Shown one piece after another: positions 27,301 through 40,640 of a stretch of 64,000 nt of DNA. Origin of the DNA: Trichoplax sp. H2 (taxonomy: Eukaryota); the NCBI GenBank assembly GCA_003344405.1, contig NOWV01000108.1, forward strand, positions 124,001 to 188,000, written 5' to 3'. The stretch's first letter is position 1. Each line of letters opens with the position of its first letter. The notes beneath the pieces are model-generated. The model had not been told where the DNA came from and ran no database searches. It saw only the letters and a program-made list of their open reading frames with translations. Made by a program: the position numbers and the translations under genes.

Positions 27301-30300
27301 TACCTACAATTTCAATTACCGAAAAATTAAACGTCTTTAACAGCTTATTTGAGTCATGTATAAATATTTGATACATCAATCATGGCATAGAGAACTAAAT
27401 TGAGGAGTAATTTTAGATAGTCAAGCACGTTGACCATATATGCAAACAGAAAATAGTCAATTACAAACTACATCACTATTCCAGCATATAGAACAAGGCA
27501 GCCAATCATAAACACTATCCATAATTTGATCGAATATATGACAATTGAATTATTAACCTTCAGAGTCAATCTTAAAGGAATTGCAAGGCAATTTGAGAGG
27601 TATAGCTTTATTCTAAACACTTTATGTTGCTGTAGGAAGGGTAGAAGTATTAGTAATTGACCACTTCGCGCTGTTAATGTATAGAATTCGTTTACATTTA
27701 ATAGAATTGCCATGTAAAACAAAACTTGCCTGTACTACCGGAAATTGTAAATAGTCCATTTCGTTACTAATATACTGTAATCCATATGTTAATCCCTAAG
27801 ATAGTAGAAAAATTGGCCACGATGTAATAGTGTTTGAAAATTGAAAGTATAATTCAATAATATATTATAGATATAACGATCCCATAACATACCATGCAAG
27901 CACCAAAGGCTAGCATTAATAGACATTTTTCGTTTACGCAGTAATCAAGGGAAGGCCACGAATGTTCATTGCTAATTGGCAAAATACAGTTAATATATTT
28001 CGCGGCTATTACATTACAGTAATTTGCTACAATCTAAAATATCGTATGATAGTTACGATTAGATCCTTAAAGATTTCAAAATAAATTTTACCTGGCATTA
28101 CAATGAATTATGATAGATGAAAACTCTGAATCCACAATATTACTAAAACACCAAACTGAAGTTACTCCGGATATCATATAAAAGATAGCAAGGGCTATGC
28201 GAGATGGCCTGTACTTGTAGCTCAAAATAGCCAAGCGTTCAATCTTGATCGCTTTGACAACTAAAATAGAAGAAAAATGAATTTGACTTTACGCAATATC
28301 TTTAGCAGCTTCACGCAGTCTTTTTAAGATATACAAGCTTTACAAGAATTCTAATTTATTAACAGAATACCCTATTGCTAAGTATGCTATTGAAAATGTT
28401 CTGTGATTTCATAAGCAAGCAATTTCATAATGTCCCGAGCATTACGCAACGCATATGTAGCAATCACTAGAGACCTAGAGTTGCTGTGTTTGCGCAATCA
28501 TCTTGCAGGAAATAATGAAGTAAATTAATCGGTGCCTGCCGCAATTATGATATTGGCTTTATTAGACTTGTACTCTATTTAGTTTGAGTGGATTTTGGTC
28601 AATATTTTATGTCAATATCCAGTAATGTAGAATAGTATGTTGGGCACAACAAATATTTTTCTTCAAAAATTTCATGAAATAATAATTAATCGATGGCACA
28701 TGATAATTGATAAATATACTGTAATTATGAACTACAATCATGCTAAAGTCAGGACATTAAAGGTTATAATTCATACCTTTAAAGCTAGCTGCATATATTA
28801 TACCAAACAGTACTAAGTTAAGCGACAACAGGAACACCATTATCCAGGCATGTAAGCTAGCTATACTAGAAAGAAAAGCTGTAAAAAAGCAGAACATCCA
28901 TCACCCAATGGTATAGCATCCTTACTACCCACTTAAGCTTCATGCATATACTGTACTCGTACAGCAGTTCACATACTTAACATCCAGTGCTGTAAGTTAA
29001 AAGGATGGAATTGCACAACCGCTACATAAGTGAAACAAATAATTGGTAAGAGCATTAACATCCACAAGATAGCCGCAATACATCGCCATCGATAGACCTA
29101 TTCATATCAATCCCAAAAAAGTAAAAACAAGAATTCATTAGATCAGTAAATAAGTAGCAAGTCATTTCAAATACTGTAATAGAACTCTTGTAGAAGTACA
29201 AGAACTCGTACGTCAGGAGATGATACTATCAGTAGAATGAATTTACATCGACTGCTTCAAAAAGTTACCATGAGAAGAATTCAATCACTGTAGATGATGA
29301 TAGTATGGCAATTCTATTCTTAAATTAATTTAAACTATTAAAGTGATCCTATTTATGGGTTACTAGAAAAATATTAGTAGTCCATGTCCTATCCTATTGC
29401 CATTAATCGGTAGAGATCGAAAGTACATTGCATCAGTCAGCAGATGATACTGTCAGCGAAATCAATCTATTACCCAAAAAGGTCATCATAATAAAAATTC
29501 AGTCACTGTAGATAATGATAGTATAGCAATTGTATTTTGAAGTTAATTTAAACTATTAAAATGATCTTATCCATAGGCTACTAGAAAAATACTAGAAGTC
29601 CATGTCCTATCCTATTGTCATCAATCGGTAATCAGTAGATGGCACTGTCAGCGAAATGGATCTAGATCTTTATTTCTTCAAAGGTTATCATATGTAAAAT
29701 TCAGTCACTGTCGATGATGATGGCATGGCAATTGTATTTTGTAGTTAATTTTAACTATTAAAATGATCCTATCCATGAACTACTCGAAAAAATACTAGTC
29801 TATATCCTATGTTATTGTCATCAATCGGTGGAGGTCGAAAGTACATTGCACAAAATCAGCAGGTGCTACTGTCAGCGGAATGGATCTGGATCTCTATTTC
29901 TCCAAAGGTTACGATGAGAAGAATTCAGTCACTGTCGATGATGATAGCATGGCAATTGTATTTTAAAGTTAATGTTAACTATTGAAATGATCCTATCCAT
30001 GGATTGCTAGAAAAAATACTAGTCCATATCCTATCCTATTGTCATTAATCGGTAGAGGTCGAAAGTACATTGCACAAAATCAGTAGGTGCCTCTGTCAGC
30101 GAAATGAATCTGGATCTCTATTTCTCCAAAGGTTACCATAAGAAGACGAATTCAGCCATTGCAGATAATGATAGCATGGTAATTCTATTTTCAACGATTC
30201 AAATGATCTTATTCTAAATCCATAGCTACCGCTACTGTCAGACTTACACCATGAAGAAACCACTGTGCTTCTTTCCTAATTTTAACACTGCGTGATTGTA

Positions 30301-30334
30301 CAAGATAATCGATTGTGGAAGGATCGCTGTCCAT
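24395..30334 (-). CDS. NDC1: Transmembrane nucleoporin NDC1 (TMEM48), multi-exon
   Basis: Exon 1 (30334-30248, MDSDP..QWFLHG) joins the exon starting at 29097 (VYRWRCIAAILWMLMLLP..FHP). Internal exons carry the NDC1 motifs FLDLALLS..RRQQIFSLSHPGGHPRNW and LAVASIDEDKFGVVQK. Last exon is 24503-24395. Not every internal boundary was checked. Confidence 0.9.
29215..30200. repeat. Tandem repeat of about 202-227 bp, 4.5 copies, in NDC1 intron 1
   Basis: AATTCA(G/A)TCACTGT(A/C)GAT(G/A)ATGAT-like anchor at about 29277, 29496, 29698, 29922 and 30149. Confidence 0.92.
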
Positions 30335-30878
30335 TCTTGTAGCAATGCAGTCGATCGTTGCCAAGAAACTCGAGCTTCACTAAAATGTATCTCCTACCGC
30401 CTGGATAAAAAAATCAACCGGTCTATCAAGTCAAAATCTCTCTACTATCAAGCCAATCGGAAGAAGAACTCTTCTACTGTCGAATAAGAAGGTTATGCAT
30501 CCTCACGATTGCACTAATCCTCCAAGGCTAGAAGGAGTTTTGGTTCGTCTTGCTGGTTTCCTTGTCAACTCGACTGGTGTCAGACCACAAGTAAGTTTAC
30601 AGTGTACGCTTACTAATGTGTTGTCCAGTCTACACCCTATAGTATGGAAAGCTGATTCGATCACAATACTCCTGGTCAAAAGCCTTCGACGGACGGAAGG
30701 TTGACGGAAAATAGCGTCAATCTATCTTGTCACTATTTTCTTATTGCATCACTTCCCATACAATAGTATACTATGTTTTGACATGTATGGAACAGTATAC
30801 TATCAAAACGACACATGGACGTTGTACCTTACTGGGCAGCTTTTAACCGCATTTTTTTAAATCCACGTTTACTTTAAC

Positions 30879-30892
30879 ACTGAGCATGCGCG
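30879..30892. promoter_or_regulatory. NRF1-like site ACTGAGCATGCGCG upstream of NDC1
   Basis: One mismatch to YGCGCATGCGCR, about 550 bp upstream of the NDC1 ATG. Confidence 0.4.
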
Positions 30893-31050
30893 ATGCAACA
30901 GCGATTGATTCCTCATCATTTGGAAGACTTTGAAGTGGTAGTCTACCATCGACTTAATAAAATGATGTGAGCATGTATGGATTGCGGTACATTTGGTAGA
31001 GAATATACTACTGCACTACTGCTTCCATAATCATCATCAGAACTCTATGC

Positions 31051-31590
31051 AATCCAGTTTGGACAGTATGATGTTAGGTAGAAATGAATTGTAAACTGGA
31101 TAAATACTGGATTTATTACAGGGCATGGGTATCTATCCAATTTCTACAACATGATCTAGAACAGAATCAAGCACTTATCTAAAATCATTCATTTCCCCCA
31201 AATTAAATAATTGATTTATTACTGCAGCATGGTGTACTATATATATAGTGTATAATGACTGGGGTGGGGTTATATTCAAGTATTGACAGTATCTAATTCT
31301 ACTATATGACATAGGATCAAGTACTTATCCGGAAGCATTCATTTCTCGGAAATGAAACTAAATAAAAACTTAATCTATTAGGGGTATAGGTATTTATCTA
31401 ATTTCTACGGTATAGTGTTCTATATCATTGCTTGGGTGGGGTATAAGGATTTATAGTAAGTATCCAAATTCTACAACATGATATGCAATCACATAGTCAA
31501 GTACATATCCACAATCATGCATTTCCCTAAATTAAAATGGAACAATACTTGATTTGTTAGATTAGATCATGGTGTAGAAACTGGATTATG
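31051..31590. mobile_element. Possible foldback/MITE-like element with direct subunits and an inverted terminal copy
   Basis: ATCCAATTTCTACAACATGATCTA at 31135-31158 matches the reverse complement of 31563-31586 at 22/24. Related direct copies at about 31051, 31291, 31396 and 31462. No clear target-site duplication. Confidence 0.45.
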
Positions 31591-32209
31591 CACTACTGAA
31601 ATGCATACGGTAGCCTGTTGTTAAATAATCGAGAGTTACACTTAAACTGTAGCAGTGCTTCTCTTCTGTATCGCTGACCTTCGTTGCTTGATTAATAGTC
31701 ATACAAATTATAGTACCAAATCAAGACGAACACGAAAAGAACACATTTAACAGTTCATCCTATTTTATACTTAGCTAACAGTCCAAATTATCACGTTGAA
31801 TAAATTAGTGATCGAAATAAATTTAATACAGATGATTTTATAACGATCGATAATTATGATAATGATGGCTATGAATAATGCTATGCTACAATAATTGATC
31901 AATATTAAATAAAAAATAGATCAATATCTGCAACAATTAATAAATATATATATTTATATATATATATATATATTTTAGTACAGTCGGAACTATTTCAAAT
32001 AGAGGATATTATACACATAATAACTGACTTTATGAATACTGTATATCGACCATTACATAACATCTAGAAACGTATAACAAAATTTCGTAACTTGTTGCCA
32101 AAGCGCAAATCAAGAAGTTATAAAAGGTAATATTTGACTCCATAAATGCTAAAAATTTTTAAACCAAGATTATCAGAGTACTTAACAAATAGCATTCAAT
32201 AATTCAATC

Positions 32210-35200
32210 TCACACATATAAACTCGCTGCAAAGACAATATCTCGTTTAATCTTGGTTATACCTAGCACAGAAAAGGGAAAAAAATATTCAGAATGCGAT
32301 AAGAAAATCTCGAAATAAGATAATACGTATTAAGCGTATAAAAACTCTAACCTTCAGCAAATTTGTTTTCCAGTTCTGTATTGCCGATAACTTTCGACGC
32401 TTGGCACATTTGTCTCAACAATTCTTCTAAGCGTCGCATACATCTTATAATACTACCTAAAATAATGAGGTAATCGTTAACCACTAGGTACTATGTGTAC
32501 CGACATTATGTATTTACTAACTTGGATAATTAAAAAAGGTAAGATAGGTTACCTTCAAAAACTCCTTCTCTTTTTTGACACACGCTAAAGAACGAAGCTC
32601 CTTTACACCAATCGTAAGTAATATCCATCATTTGCCAACGAAATGATTCTACATAATCTTCTTCGCTCACATCCATTTTAGCTTCCTTAGATACTTTGGC
32701 AATTCGTCTTGCAGTTTCCTTGAATACAAAGTTGTTGCAAAAGCCTTAATATTATGATCTAATCTAATCTTTCAATATATTTCTTACTTGGAGTTGTCTT
32801 AAAGGCTCTCTAAGCTCATCCGCTTCTATATTAGAGTTTCCCTTTTCAAGTAAGCCATAACGTAAGAAAATATTTACAGTAACAATAAATGATTTTAAAA
32901 TGACTCGAACAAATATAGATACCTTTTCCTGCGAGACAAAACAGCTCAATATAGCAACCAATTGCTCAACAGATAAATCATTGAAAAAACCACTGAAAAT
33001 CATTTCAGTCAGTACTAATTCGTCTGAGCTATTAATAAAAGATGTTAATTGGCAATCGATTAAACCAACAACTATTTTCATTATCCAATAACTATTATCT
33101 ATTTTAATATAATCACATAAAGGCAAAAGCACAATATGTACAGTACCTGCTAATTTCACAAGCTACCCTGCCTTTCATCTCAATAACATCTGCAGAGGTT
33201 GCATATCCTAATCTAGACTCCCAAAATACGTCATAAAGTCAGCCAAGTCTAGTATTATAAGAATATAAAACTACAGTACTATAGTCACAGTTTCACAAGC
33301 GAATAGTATATACCTTCGAAGTACACGTTTCCTACATTTTAATTCATCCATTTGCAATATATTCTTGGCTCTTTTTAGTTCTTGTCGAGCAGCTTTTATT
33401 TCATCTATCATCTTTAGAAATAGAAAAAGGCAATCTCAACAACTCTTGCATAAGTAACATCGCGCCAGGCACCAATGACATATGTCCAAAATTATCATTG
33501 TAATGAGAAACAAAGAAAGTTAATGTTTTAAGTTAAATTGAAATCTACCAATACCTTCACTTTCTTATAATACTGATTATATAGCGGTTCAAGTTGATCA
33601 CTATCATGCAACCGATGAGTATATAATTTTTTCTCTAAGACTTCAATTTTCTGTAGCAAAAAAGTATTAAAAAGCTTAAAACTGGAGGAGTATAAATAAT
33701 ATTCTCAGAGAAGTTAGTAAGTTTTCAACGCTAACCCTAACAACATTATTTAAACGTGTATCTTTAATTTTCATATCCTCAATTGGATCGAGCAATGGTA
33801 GACCATCAGGAAAACGGCGACAAACTTCTTGTATCGATTTGAATACACTCTGTCGATTATCTAATGGTATTAAACTCTTTGGTAGGTAAACCCTAATAGC
33901 GCTAATGCTTTCAACCAAGCGCATGGTGATGGGGATAATCTAGCACGAAAAATTAGAATTAGATCAACCTAAGTGCTCATAATTACCATTCACATACAAG
34001 TAAATAGCACATATTACCTGCATTTCTCCCTTTTCATTCTCGTTACAGGGTAACGGGCCATTTGTACCAGTACGACCAGTAGGTTTTGCACAGTTTAATA
34101 GTACCTCGATAACATAAACATGTTTTCCGTCAGCCTCTAAAGTCGCCTAGATAAAAAAAATCAATTGATTAAATGAAATTTATTTGCATTAAGAAATCAT
34201 ATGGAATTACAAAATTCATGCATAATAAAACCTTAAATGTATCCTTTCTTTCGAAATTTATAACACAGCCCCAACCAAAGTTTTCATCACCATTTTTAAC
34301 CTAAGGGTAAAACAGAAATGACTGAATTATTAACTGAATCTACTAAATCGTGTTAATACAATAGATAAGCAAACCAATATATCATACTTTAACAAGTCGT
34401 CCAGGTTGTAAAAACGGAAGACAATATTTTGGTTTTGTGATGATATCCTTAATTTATAAAATTATCCATGTTAACATAGGTGTGGCTAACTAACAAGAGA
34501 TCTCATTTAAAAAATCAACTACAATTAACATTATGTTACATACTTTCAGTTCCGATGATAATTTATTCAGACTTTGTCTTACTTTAAAGTAAGATGCTAT
34601 CTCATCTTCTCTAGAAATAACAAATTCATTACATTGCTTTTCTAACTCTTGATATCCTAAAAATTAAAAATAATATCATCCGAAAGTTTTAACAAATTGT
34701 AGGATAATATGGTAATTGCTCTAATTAGCATACAATCATTATAACTATATACATACTTTCATATTTTTTCGGTAAATCTGAATAATGTTGAAATTGGTAA
34801 AAGGATTTTTCAAGCATGTACTCTGGATTAATTTCTTCAACGCGTAATAAATTTAGTACCATATTATAACTCAAGTGAAAAGCGCTCGTTAGCGGATCAG
34901 CTTCTCCCTTATATAATGTATCTCCAATATTTGGATCGGTTTGTTTATCAATCATGACAATCACTGTTCCTCTATCATCAAGTCCTCTGCGACCAGCTCT
35001 GCCGCTCATTTGAATATATTCTCCAGAAGAAATCTAAAATGTATTTAAATCCTACCTAGTTAGGCAATAGCTCAATAGAAAGACTGCCTATAAGATAATG
35101 ACATACAGGTCTGAAACTTTTGCCATCAAATTTTCTGATGCTGGTAAAAACGACTGTTCTAGCGGGCATATTAAGTCCCATAGCAAATGTTTCAGTGGCA

Positions 35201-38200
35201 AATAAAGCCTATAACGTGACGATAGTTTAGTTCAACATAAGCAAATTGCTACGGTAAGTTTGCTACATTTCTTATACAAGCCTAACTAAATGTTGCCGTA
35301 AAAATATAAATATAGCATTATAAAGATAGCTTAGCATCTAAGAAGTATTAACCTTGATCAATCCTTCCGAAAATAAAATTTCGATCGTTTCTTTTAAAAT
35401 TGGCAATAGACCTGAATGATGTATACCAATTCCCCTTTTTAATAGGGGTAAAACATGGGCTATCTAGGATTGTTAACAAAGAATTTTTAGAAAATGAAAA
35501 GATAAATAAAACTGGCATTGCCTTCATCTACTACTGCAAATAGATAAAATACATGTGCAGCTATTATTAGCCATGTAAAATTCTGCAAAAACCTGAGGTA
35601 GCTTTTTGTCTTCATCAGATAATGAATCAATGGCGTTATTAAATACTTCTTCTACAAGTTTCTTTTGCTGGGCTAAACAATATAATAACAGCGACCATAA
35701 TATTAAAACTATGAAATTCGCATGTCTAATCATTCAAATTGTATGTTTTTATAGCCAAATAAACAATACCGGTATTAAAATCTAATTTTGCAACTTGTAG
35801 TGCATATGCTTCACAATCTTTTTTACTAAAACTAAAGGCGATTACTGGCTGAAAATCTCTTTCCATAGCCATTTTGATGATTTTAAAACAATCGGATTGT
35901 CCTATTAGCAAAAAAATTGGACAGATTAGTAATTTTGAAGGACATAAAATGAAATTCTATGAAAATATTAGAATAAAGCTTATAACAGTATCGCACCTTT
36001 GCCAGCTCCTTTATGTCTCCTGCCGTCATCTTTGGCATCGGCTGTTACAGCGATAGCCTTTTTAAAATTATCATCACGGAACTCACCCTAAATAACAGTG
36101 GATGATAATTTAAACTAATAATAAAAAATAGATTAAAGAATCTTTCTACATATTTTTTTAAATAATAAATTTACCTTGTCATCAAATATAAGGTATAAGC
36201 CATCACCATCTGCTGGAAAGATATAATGTTGTAACGGTACCGGACGATAATCGGTATATACTACATGGCATGGCTAAATAAAATAGTTTAGAAAGGGCAT
36301 AAATTAAGAAATTTCAAGCGCATCAGTATATCAACTAAACAAAATTTCTTACCTGTTTATGCAAATAGCAGATCCATTCAGCAAATTGCTTGGCATTTGG
36401 AATAGTAGCAGACAAGAAAACGTAGTGAACATTGTCTGGTAAAAGGATTATTGTTTCTTCCCAAACAACTCCACGTTCTGTCGTCCAGGGTACAAAAAAA
36501 TTTCACATTTTATAAATTGATAATCCTTATAATTACATCATATAAGACAACAATGATTTATTATGTAGCCATAATTACATCTATTAGCTAACCGCATAAC
36601 TTACCTTTATCTCTCATATAATGAATTTCATCAAAAATAACCCAAGCAACTTCCCTCATAATCTGTAAAGTAATTATAGGTTGAATAACTGCTAATAATT
36701 GTTAATTGCTAAATATTACTATAGAATACAATGCAATGTTTTACCTCTGATCCTCTATAAAGCATATTCCTTAGAATCTATACATATGATAGTCATGAAA
36801 ATCAGATAAATAATCTCAATTTTAATATTCCAACAACTACACCATGTCACTATTGAGACTAAGACGCTATTACGTTCACTTAAAATACTACATAAGCAAT
36901 ACATTTTAGGTAAGTACTCTTTTTATCATGCATTGACATTTAAATGAATGCCTTATAGCTACTTAAAAAGAAAATCTTACTTCCGTTGTCATCACTAAGC
37001 AACTTGCACTTGGATTAATTGTAACGTCACCAGTCATAAGTCCAACATCCTGAAACTCGTCACTAAAATCTCGATACTTCTGATTGCTCAATGCCTGTTT
37101 AAAAATTGAAAGTACTTCAGCCTTATCAAATTGTAAATGATCATTAAAAAATGATCAAGGCCAAGTAACAATCGTAATGAAATGGTAACAGCATCTTTAT
37201 ATGTTGAAAATAAAGCTACCTTAATTGGTGTTGTATAAATTACTCGCTGCTTATCCCGGAGGGACATAGCTATAGCGTATCTTCACAATGTATAAAAAAA
37301 ATCAGTTAACTTTAAAGTAGCTGACGATACAATTATGTTATTAGGACATGATGGTGTTCAAGCTCGTAGCAAGGACAATTTCATCAGCTACTTACTCAGC
37401 AACAACAGTTTTACCAGCAGAGGTGTGCGCTGAGACTAGTACCGACTCATTGCATTCAAGGCATTTTAAAGCTTCCTTTTGAAATGGATCTAAGGCAAAT
37501 TTATATTCCTACGCACATAGAGTATATGCTTTATGTTTGAAAGCTTATGGTGGACATTTTTAATTATTAAAATTTATTTAACAATTGTATACACGTACTT
37601 TACACGCTATTGCATGTATATTCGTAATTATGGGGTGGACCAAAACAAAACTGCCCTCTTACCTTTGCTGGTTTACCATCGGAAGTAGCCAATGTATAAT
37701 CATCCTCCAATGACGTAGCTACCTAATTAATAAAGTGATTGAAATTGTGTATCAACATAAGTTCTACGGAAAGGTACAGGTGCTATAGATACGTTAACTT
37801 TACTGACAAAGCACGCCTGTAGAAGCACAATTCATTGTTGCATTCGAGGGCAGACAACAATTACATCACTTAATTACTTGTATTCTATTGAAAATTTTAT
37901 CACTTTTAAACTTTTATGTACGCCTATCAGCAGAGATGTAGCATAAAAGTATAGCAATGGCTAAGGTATTATAGAGCGGCAGGTAGTATAATACCTATAA
38001 TATTTTATTTTTAATATAATACAATTGACATGATGGCATCTCAGTTATGATAGTTACCTCATGTAAACAGGCTTCTGTTGTATCAATTTTGAAGGTTTTA
38101 ATCCTGGGAATTTTACTTAATTCTTCCTGAATATCGCTACATGAGGAATAGATATATGATCAATGTAATCATAAAGAACAGTATCGAAAATTAACATTTG

Positions 38201-38919
38201 TCCAACTTTAGAATCTACAGTCAATTCTTCTAGATGATCCATGTCATTATATAAAACAGTTATACTAAAAACAAATAACATTCCGTCCAACTTCAGAAAT
38301 TATGATTATCCATTTCAATTGATGTCGATTGATCCATATCATCATAAAGAACAGCATTAAAAAATAACTATTTGTCCAGCTTAAGAATGGATGAGTATCG
38401 ACTCTTTTAAAAGGTTATTCAATACACTACTCTAGCGCAGACCTAAATGAAATTCGATCTATGATGGTTGCACAAACTAGCTTAGGAAGTCAACGATTGC
38501 AGCTGATAATAATTCATGATGCATTGCAGTTAGAGTTTACGTTCTACAGTACAGTATATACTACATCAAACTCGAATTTAACATTGCATCTTTAATAAAT
38601 TATTCCGTCCACACATTTATTCTGAGTTCATGATGTATCAAGCTACAAATAACGACATTAATACTTGCATTTTTTCGAATGAAAGATGACTGACTGTCTG
38701 CTTCTGGCGTTTCTCGTCATTTTCATCCTCCACAGTTGGAGATGGCACCTTATCATTTCGATTACGATCACTTGATTTACGTTTCCGTTTACTAGATTGA
38801 CTCTTAGCTTGGGTTAAAGCTTGAGTAGGATCATCTGTGAATACATTGGAGCCCTTATTATCGTTATTATTGTCATCAAAGACAGCAAATAATTCATCCG
38901 AAGCAAAATCATTAGCCAT
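32210..38919 (-). CDS. MTREX: Ski2-like DExH RNA helicase MTR4 (MTREX/SKIV2L2), multi-exon
   Basis: Starts [15 protein letters not shown]. Motifs: [107 protein letters not shown]. Arch/KOW region present; C-terminus [14 protein letters not shown]-stop (TGA at 32212-32210). Confidence 0.97.
38150..38400. repeat. Degenerate ~173-bp duplication in MTR4 intron 1
   Basis: ATCATAAAGAACAG..TTTGTCCA at 38168 and 38341. Confidence 0.7.
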
Positions 38920-39209
38920 GCTGGATTCCAATTGCAAATCATGAGCAAGAAAGGCCAACGATAAAGGATTCAGTATGAAATCAATGAGAGACCGTGCACA
39001 TTGCAGGCAGAGCGATGGTACGCAGCCGCAGTTCCTGCGTTTCGGCAATGTGCTTGGACAGACGTACAGATTCTGGACAGCTTCGGGAAAAGAGTACTGT
39101 ACCGTACTGTTCTGTACCGTTGGACCTTTGGACTGTAACTTCGTGTTGACCAAAGCGATTTAGAATAATTGTGGTCAAAATAGGTTATGGATAAACCTGA
39201 TGATGGATA

Positions 39210-40640
39210 CTGTCCGGAATAATATTTCAATCTAACAAAATGATTGCTCTTCTTTATATTATCCTATACAGTGAAAAATGCTGCTTCGCATGATATGATT
39301 TTCATCTTAAAGATCTGTATTATGCTTATTAAAATCGCGATTTTGAGTCATAAATGAAATGAAGGAAGTCCGGAATAATATTTCAATTTTACCAAATGAT
39401 TGCTCTTCTTTATGTTATCCCATACAACGGAAAATGCTGCTTTGCATGATATGATTTTCATCGTAAAGATCTGTATTATGCTTATTAAAATCGCGAATTT
39501 GAGTCATAAATGAAATGATTGCTCTTCTTTATCCTATACTGTGGAAAATGCTGCTTCGCATGATATGACTTTCATCTTAAAGATCTGTATTATGGCTTAT
39601 TAAAATCGCGATTTTGAGTCATAAATGAAATGATTGCTCTTTATATTATCCTATGCAGTGGAAAATGCTGCTTCGCATGATATGACTTTCATCTTAAAGA
39701 TCTGTATTATGGCTTATTAAAATCGCGATTTTGAGTCGTAAATGAAATGAAGGAAGTCCGGAATAATATTTCAATCTTACCAAATGATTGCTCTTCTTTA
39801 TGTTATCCTATACAGTGGAAAATGCTGCTTTGCATGATATGACTTTCATCTTAAAGATCTGTATTATGCTTATTAAAATCGCGATTTTGAGTCATAAATG
39901 AAATGATTGCTCTTCTATATGTTATCCTATACAGCGGAAAATGCTGCTTCGCATGATATGACTTTCATCTTAAAGATCTGTATTATGCCTTATTAAAATC
40001 GCGATTTTAAGTCATAAATGAAATCCAAGAATTTCACCTATATTCAAAATTTGATGATTTGAACAACGCTTCTTGTCAGTCAATATTACCCTTATTAATA
40101 GCATGCTATACAGTAGAAAAGGCCGCTTCGAATGATGTGATTTCATCTTGAAGATCTGCATTACTGTGATGAAAATCATAAGTTTTAGTCGTAACAAAAG
40201 TGAATAAAATCCATAAATGGACCCATATACCGAAAAATTGCTGTAGCTTAAACAGCGCTTCTTGTCAATATTGCTATTATTCATATGTATATCATCCAAT
40301 GCAGTAGAAAATGCTGCTTCCAATGATATAGTCTCTTCTTTAACTTTGAAAAAATATTTTTATGGCTCGAGTCATGCTTCTTGTCACCATTAGTCTTATT
40401 TATACTATCCTATATAGTGGAAGATGCTGTTTCGAATGATATCATATTCATCTGATGATCTAGTTTCATCTTTAACATATAAATGACAGTTATTAGCATT
40501 ACAATTTTAGTCATAAAAAAGGAATGAAATTTATAAATCGCTTACACCGAAAAAATTGTTGTAGCTCGAACAGCGGTCTATATCAGCCAACGTTACTTTT
40601 ATTTACGCGTATATCATCCTATGCCGTGGAGATACTGCTT
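39210..40640. repeat. Tandem array: 6 near-identical units (115-119 bp or 154-156 bp) followed by about 3 diverged copies
   Basis: TGATTGCTCT anchors at 39241, 39397, 39516, 39631, 39785 and 39904. Extra block TCCGGAATAATATTTCAAT at 39213, 39369 and 39757. Diverged GAAAATGCTGCTTC-like copies at about 40110, 40305, 40420 and 40625. Confidence 0.95.

Noticed and set aside
37651-37853. 8-bp inverted repeat CTGCCCTC/GAGGGCAG flanking a small MTR4 exon, and a possible intronic snoRNA
   Set aside because: Too short to distinguish from chance, and no convincing C/D or H/ACA architecture on the transcribed strand.
38920-39230. N-terminal extension of MTR4 and overlapping small ORFs
   Set aside because: Similarity to MTR4 starts at [11 protein letters not shown] (38919); the upstream frames cross promoter-like pentamer repeats and look like chance ORFs.
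39210-40030. CRISPR-like array (regular repeats with a palindrome)
   Set aside because: Whole units are repeated, there are no unique spacers or cas genes, and the context is eukaryotic.
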